This document shows, one piece after another, positions 36,780-43,185 of a stretch of DNA of 43,185 nt. How positions within the stretch are numbered: the stretch's first letter is position 1; the number at the start of each line of letters is the position of its first letter. A model generated the notes under the pieces. The model saw only the letters and a program-made list of their open reading frames with translations, did not search any database and was not told the DNA's origin. Origin of the DNA: Reclinomonas americana ATCC 50394 (taxonomy: Eukaryota); contig PS015130.1 of assembly GCA_048213135.1 (NCBI GenBank), forward strand, positions 56,785 to 99,969. Reading direction: 5' to 3'. A program made the translations under genes and the position numbers.

Positions 36780-38881
36780 TTACCGGAATGCAGTCATGGT
36801 GCGTGTCGACAGTTCGCTGAGAATGTCGTGCGACACCTGACTGCACCAGGTGAGAGCTGTCAACAGAAAAACTGTGAGTTGAACGACAGAGAGAGAGTGA
36901 GGCGTCGACAATGGCACACCAAATTGTCTCAGTCGCGGGAGCATGGCCACCATTTTCCGCACACCATCTGGAGACGGACATGAGAGGCGACAACAACAAT
37001 AGTGAAGAGAGGGGCAGGCTGGCACTCACCATTGGTCACGTGGTGATTCCACGAAAAGTTCACCCTGTGACACCCAGTATGATGATCAGAAAAGGAATTG
37101 TGTTGTGCTGCTGACGAATTGCACTCACATGCGTAGCATTGAGCAGCGGCTTGCAACCTCGAGGAAACCAGCTTCGCCAACCTGCTTGCAACCCTCCATG
37201 ATCAACTCTTGCAGTCGCGGACAACTCGCCGCCAGCACCCCACAGAACAGATCCGTCACCTGCCCGCCAGCGGAAAAATGAAAAAAGCGACGAGCACGCC
37301 ACGCAACGCACACGCAGCACGCACCGGACACCAACTGACGTCCAGCATGGTGAGCTGCGTGCACGCTTCGACCACCTGACACAGACTCTCGTCGGTGAGA
37401 TCGTCGCAGCGACCGAGGTCGAGGTGCGTCAGATGCGTCAGGTGCTTCATGTACGCCGCCCCCACATCGGTAAGGTGGGGTGCCACACGCAGTGCGAGCC
37501 ACGTGAGTTCCGTACACCGCACGCTGAGCATCATGATCAACGTGTCTGTCGTGCATTGGGGTCGACGTCACCGAGTGAGGCACACTGCAAGCAGCACCAA
37601 CAAAAGGCAGACGGCACAACTCACCGTCCACACACTCGCACCAGGAGAGATCGAGCTCGGTGAGCTTGATAAGCTCCTGTGGAATCTCTGCAATGGCGTC
37701 GGTGTCGATCATGTCGCACTCGGGGAGGTACAGACGCGTCAAGCACGGACACTTCTTGCAGAGGGTGTTGATCGCCGTGTTGGTGACCTGCATGCAGCTT
37801 TTTTTTGGTACAAAACCACTCAGCGAGCGACTGCGAGTGCATGTTCTGCACACCTGACAGCCACGCAAGCTCAGCGTGCGCAGCGTCGCACCACTGCTGG
37901 ACACCAGCAGGCGAATGCACAGAGTGCTGACGGCGCGCACGCCATCCACCTTGACCTCACGCAGCGCGGTGAATCGCTGAAACATATCCGCAAACGCAGC
38001 CTCCTCGTCCATCCGTGTGCAAAACGACAAGTCAAGCGACTGCAGCTGCGCGTGTAATCTCTCATTGTTGGCCAGGCTCCACACGGGCGCGCACTCCAGT
38101 TGTGAACACTGCAGACAACACATCGTGGTGAGTATGCCACGAGCAGCAACAGCAGCAGCAGGATTCGCGCTTCATCCGCAACTTGCACCAGCGACAGGCT
38201 CGTCAGCGACGCCGGCGCCGATCGGCAAAAAAGCGAAGCGCCCGCATCGCTCACATGAGAGCAGGCCACCATTTCCAGCGTGGTCAGCGACGAGCACACA
38301 CGCGCCACAGTGGCCACAAACAGGTCATTGACAGTCTCGTCGCACCCACGCAGTCGGAGTACCGTCAGTGAGCCACCCATGGTTGTCGCCAGCATGCGCA
38401 GCGGTGCATCCGGGGCCGGGAAGGCCACACGCAAGTGGTGCAACTGCTTGCAGCTCTCGGCAACAACACCGAACACCTCGGCCGACGCCGCCACCTCGCC
38501 CGACAGCCACAGCTCCTCCAGTCCCTGCTCGCCGAGCTCGCTCACCAGTCGTTCCACTGCCATATACGCAGAACAGCGGTGAGGGAGTGAACCAGTGGAC
38601 TCTTGTTTGAGACGGACGCAACATGCAGAACGACTTGTCTCGGTCACCTATCGCACACAGCAGTGAGTGAATGTGATGATCAGACAACTGAATCACGATG
38701 TGCAAACGCAACTGTCGGTGGTAGGCGAAGCGACATCACACCTCCACTGCCGCACCGTTCGCGCACATGCTCCAGCACGTCCTCATCGATCTCGCAGCAG
38801 CACGTCAGGTTCGGCTCGGTGGAATCATTGGCCTCCACACACAGATCGACACGCTGCACAGAGCATTGTGTGTATGGATGC

Positions 38882-38913
<32 letters not shown>

Positions 38914-39109
38914 CCACACACACACGCACCTCTGTGCCATAGTCAACCAGTGCCTTGACAATCGCTGCTGTGACATATTGGTGCGCTTCGACGGTGCGAG
39001 TGAGCAGTCGCTGGCGATACTGAATGGGCACGCTGCGCAGCTCGTCGGCGTCTGTGCAGTAGGCGTCCAGGTGTCGACATATAAAGTCGGTGCATAGATC
39101 GCTCAGCAT
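36780..39109 (-). CDS. Cys-containing (RNI/AMN1-type) leucine-rich repeat protein with possible N-terminal BC-box
   Basis: MLSDLCTDFICRHLD (BC-box-like) and many LxxLxLxxCxxVTD units (LTVLRLRGC, LQSLDLSFC, LRTLSLRGC, LTELDLSWC, LTHLDLGRC, LQELIMEGC). Confidence 0.8.
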
Positions 39110-39187
39110 CGACGGTGTTATTATTAACTAAGGGGGGAGTTGTCCTCGTCGGAAGCATGACAGTTCTTGTTGTGCTTTTATCCATCT

Positions 39188-41123
39188 TCAGCACCATGTC
39201 GGATTGTGCTCCCAGTTGTACGCGTCGCACCACGTCTGCAATTGTGGATTGTGCAGGCCAAAAAGCGCAAAGGTCTCTTGCAAAAAGTCCTCATCAAGAC
39301 AGGGAGCCTGGCGCACGCAGTCGCACTGGTGAGCGTGTGGCACACACACACAATGCGGACAACGACAGCGGCACAACAACACGCACTCTTGCCATGTTCT
39401 GGATGCTAAAGTCGGGAATGATGGGTGTGTGCTCCATCTGGATAAACGACGACAGCACCGACGGCGATCGAATGCACTTGTCGTAGTAGCCGGGTGCCAC
39501 CGTGTAGTGCTGCAGCCGCTTGTTCATGCCAGCCACAGCAGTGCTGAATGTGGATGCGCGGGTACCGATAAAAACCTGCCAGTGGCGATGAGTGGACACG
39601 CAGCATGTCACCCTCCCTGCTCATTTTCAGGTCACGCAACCTCCGCCCGCGATGCCACCAGCATGTCGATCCACGCTGCATCCAGTTTGCCATCGGGGCC
39701 ACGACCCTTGGCGTCTTTGTTCCACACCACCATATCGCCAAGCATACTCTGCGCCTTTTCCAACACCGACGGCTGATCGGTGGCCACGTACACCTTGACC
39801 TTGTCCTCGTCCCACTTGTGGAAGCGGATGAGGCTCTCCACGCACTCGAAAAACACCTTGACCTGGTCCTCCTCGCCCTTGGGGAAGTACAGATCGTTGT
39901 CGCCGATGCGTCCACGACGAATGTGGATGGCCACCTGTCGTCGGCATCGCAGGTGTGAGCGAGTGTGGAGAACGAGAGGAGATGGTGAGGGGCCCACCTT
40001 GCAGCCGTCGGAGCCACACGATTTCCGCTCCACTTCGTCGGCAACCTCTTTCCAGTGTGTATTCGGTTGGAAGAACCACTGCCAGATGTGATTGAAGCCG
40101 TAGCCAATGTGCTTGTGCGTCCACTCACGCATGCTGGGGTTCAACAGCACCTGCATTGCGTGTGTGTGCGTGATGAGTTGATTGGCACAGCGCAGTGGAG
40201 GAAAGAAAGAGAGGGAGAGACGCAACAACATTCATCGGCAGCGCTCCTGACGGTTTCAGCATCCATACCGTGTCGTCGCCGGGCACTGCCTGACGGAAGA
40301 ACACCTGCATGCACAACATTATCGGTTGAGCTCAACTCCCGATGCCTGCCGCCGACGACGAGCGAGTGGAACACAAAACCTTCGGATCATCGAGGTTCGC
40401 CTTGGTGTAGTCGCTGCACATCGCATCGTGGTACTCGCCTGTTGACACGCCGAATGAGTCCAGAGAGGGGAGACGAAAGAAGAGAAGGGGGGGAGTTCGA
40501 GACGCAACACCAGGACGAGTGATGCCTCCTCCAATACGGCGCCGTGTGCAGTACCGCCTTGGCTTGATCTCTGTACGGCTGCGGCATGTGCTCGANNNNN
40601 NNNNNNNNNNNNNNNNNNNNNNNNNNNNNNNNNNNNNNNNNNNNNNNNNNNNNNNNNNNNNNNNNNNNNNNNNNNNNNNNNNNNNNNNNNNNNNNNNNNN
40701 NNNNNNNNNNNNNNNNNNCTTCGGCAGTGTCTGCGCATCGATCGACGAGTCCATCATACTATCGTGCAACTGGCGATAGGCAAACAGTGTCTCCTTGGCT
40801 GGCGCCACCAAGTCCTTGTCGCACACCGCCGACTGCGGCGGTGCAAACTTGGGTCGCGTCTGTCGCGCACACTCATCCTTCCAACTGACACGACGCGGTC
40901 TGGCAAACACGGGTGAGGGCAGGCTGGTCAGGTTCTGGAAGACCAGCACCGCTGCAAGCGAGTGTGCGTGCGCGTGGGCGAGGGCGTGAGTGTGCGAGGA
41001 GGGAGGGGCGGCATGTGTGACACTTGCGCGCACACACGCACCAAATACTGCAAATGCCACAAAGAAGAGGAGGAATGCTCGTCCACGAGGGGATATGTTG
41101 CGCCACCAGGATGGCGCGCTCAT
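39188..41123 (-). CDS. Type II membrane GT-B fucosyltransferase-like protein (alpha-1,2/alpha-1,6/O-FucT superfamily); contains an assembly gap
   Basis: N-terminal anchor AFLLFFVAFAVF|AVLVF, motif I VAIHIRRG, motif II VYVATD, motif III AWIDMLVASRAE|VFIGTRASTFS. Confidence 0.8.
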
Positions 41124-41170
41124 GATGGTGAGAGGGACGGAGAAGAGAGTCGTGTCCCAAAGGACTTCAT

Positions 41171-43013
41171 TCACATTGGTGGTCGCGGGCGAATGTGGAA
41201 CGGAGGTGCGGAGAGGGATGGGGCTGACAATGGCACTGGACCGCTGTCGCCACCACCGCCAACTCCACCACCGCGACCTCCTCGCCCGCCGCCACGTCCA
41301 CCGCGACGTCCTCCACCACGACGTCCACCGCGACCACTGCCGTCGTCTCCTCCTGCTGCCGCGCCTGCAGACGATGCTGGAAGTGGTGGTGGCGGTGCTC
41401 CTGCTGCGGCCAGCATCGGAGGTGGGCCTGATCCACCAGCTGGAGGGCCGTGATCATCGCCACCACCACGACGTCCACGTCGACCGCCGCCCCGGCCGCC
41501 ACGGCCACCGCGACCCCCTCCTCGTCCACCACGTGCCTCACCCTCGCCCCACGGTGCTGCGGCAGGAATACCAGCGGCACCTGCCGGCGGGGGACCTGCA
41601 GAAGGGGGAGGAGGTGGCGCAGACGCAGCTGTGACCGTCGTTGTCGCTGCCGGCGGACCATCGTCGCCTCGGCGCTTCCGACCGCCGCGCCCACCACCTC
41701 GTTCCCCTCGCTCTCCCCTTTCTCCTCCTCCTCCTCGTCGCTTTCCGCTCTTGCCACCACGCTCTTTTTTCGGCGGGCGACCACCAACCAGCGGCTCACC
41801 AGCGGCAGCCGCGGCCGACATGGGGCGCACCGGCAACATTGGTGTTGTGGACGCAACACCACTGCCGGATGCCGACTGTGGTCGGCGCATAATCTGCACG
41901 CCGGCCGCCATCGTGGGCATGGTCATGGAGGCGACTGCTTGCATGTCGGCAGCAAGCCGCGCGGCACGCTGGCCGGCACGCTTCGCACGCTGATCCAATC
42001 GCTTCACCTCTGCGCCGTGTGAGTGCTTGCCGTGCACACTGCTGCGTGCAACCAGCGTGTGACGTACCCTTGTAGAGTGCCTTGGCGTCCTCGCCCTTCA
42101 GACCGCGTGCTGCAATCTCTTTCATGGCACGCTCGCGAGCCTCTCGCGCCTCCACCACCCGCTGGTCGGCGCGACGCGCGGCCTTGTCCGCCTGCGTGAC
42201 AAACAAACCTGTGGTGAGACGACGCAGCGCAGAGGCGACAGCCAAACACATAAGACGAGACCTTGTTCTGCTTGGCAGACGCCTGCTGCTGACGACGCGC
42301 GACTTTGCGGAGAATCTTCAGCTCCGCCGACTTGGACGGATGCTTGCCGACACCACGAGTGACGCGCTTCTCCTGTGGGAAGAACTCGTCAACGGGGGCA
42401 ATCGCGGTGCGAGAAAACAAACACGTGCACCGACCTTTGCAGCAAGGTACTCGCGCACCAGCAACGTGGTCCGCTCCGCCGGACCCTTGATACCGGCAGC
42501 CGCTGCGAGACACAAGGAGTGGTGAGCGTGTGTGTGTGGGAAGACGACGATACAAGCAAGGCACACGAACGCACCATTTTCGGCCTCCTGCTGCCGCAAC
42601 TGCACCTCGGCGCTCGGCGTCTGCGGTGGCGGTCGGCACAGCGACTCCACGAAAACCAAGTAGTCGTCGTCTGGCGACACACAGTGAGGAGAGCGAGACA
42701 GCGAGAGAGAGACAGCGAGACTAAACGCGCAACTCTCCAACACCGAGATCGGGGCAGCCTCAGCAGGGACCGCCACCGGCGCCGCAATGCCATTGACAAG
42801 CCGACGACCGGGAATGCGTTGAAAGGGCGCGTACTCGACCACAGCACGACTCTCCAGTCCTTCTCTCACACACACAGACAGACAACAATGAGCGGGGTGC
42901 TGAATGTGCGAATCACATAAAGGAGACTTGCCTTTGCTGTCAATGAATGCGTGGCCGTCAAATGCATGCGCAAAGTCCACAGCAGCGCGTGCGCGGTCGA
43001 AGCCAAGGTACGC
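41171..43013 (-). CDS. UPF3: Nonsense-mediated decay factor UPF3, 5'-partial, with RGG-rich C-terminus
   Basis: AYLGF...AVDFAHAFDGHAFIDSK|GLESRAVVEYAPFQRIP, DDYLVFVESL and TTLLVREYL match the Smg4/UPF3 domain. Upstream exons are outside the window. Confidence 0.85.
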
Positions 43014-43106
43014 CTGCGACTGACGAGAGGTGCGCGTGCTGCACCGATGCAAGAAGAGAGAGTGAGAAAGAGAGAGAGAGAGTGACGTGGAGTGCTCTCT
43101 CCTCTC

Positions 43107-43108
<2 letters not shown>

Positions 43109-43185
<77 letters not shown>
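43109..43185. repeat. (GT)n microsatellite at window end, probably intronic in UPF3
   Basis: Direct reading. Confidence 0.95.

Noticed and set aside
40325-40336. 12-bp palindrome GTTGAGCTCAAC
   Set aside because: Single occurrence inside a predicted intron; compatible with chance.

Overview
Draft-assembly window (five N gaps) from a gene-dense, intron-rich eukaryote, probably a protist; the lineage cannot be fixed from sequence alone. Manual splicing of the ORF fragments gives about 19 protein-coding genes. In order these are: a partial NBR1-FW-domain-like gene; a large NLR-like STAND gene (two putative ubiquitin-like domains, a DZIP3-type HEPN domain with an intact RxxxxH motif, NACHT, pentapeptide repeats and 14 WD40 repeats, five of them in a segment that lies inverted between two gaps); a homeobox gene; a ubiquitin-like/CesT-like gene; PRP4 kinase; a DUF1757-like tandem pair; a cluster of six signal-peptide/Cys-rich-domain/GT2 glycosyltransferases around one secreted protein ending in three H-type-lectin-like repeats; a G-patch gene; a Rad60/Esc2-like SUMO-like-domain gene; an MFSD5/MOT2-like transporter; an LRR gene; a fucosyltransferase-like gene; and UPF3. 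The main leads are the HEPN-NACHT-WD40 immune-like receptor, the glycosyltransferase-plus-lectin cluster with a hypervariable Cys-rich domain, and a very frequent +1-shifted 5' splice site (GTTGCG, about 20 introns) alongside several GC donors. All domain calls come from motif recognition by eye. No database searches were run and the exon models are unverified by transcripts.
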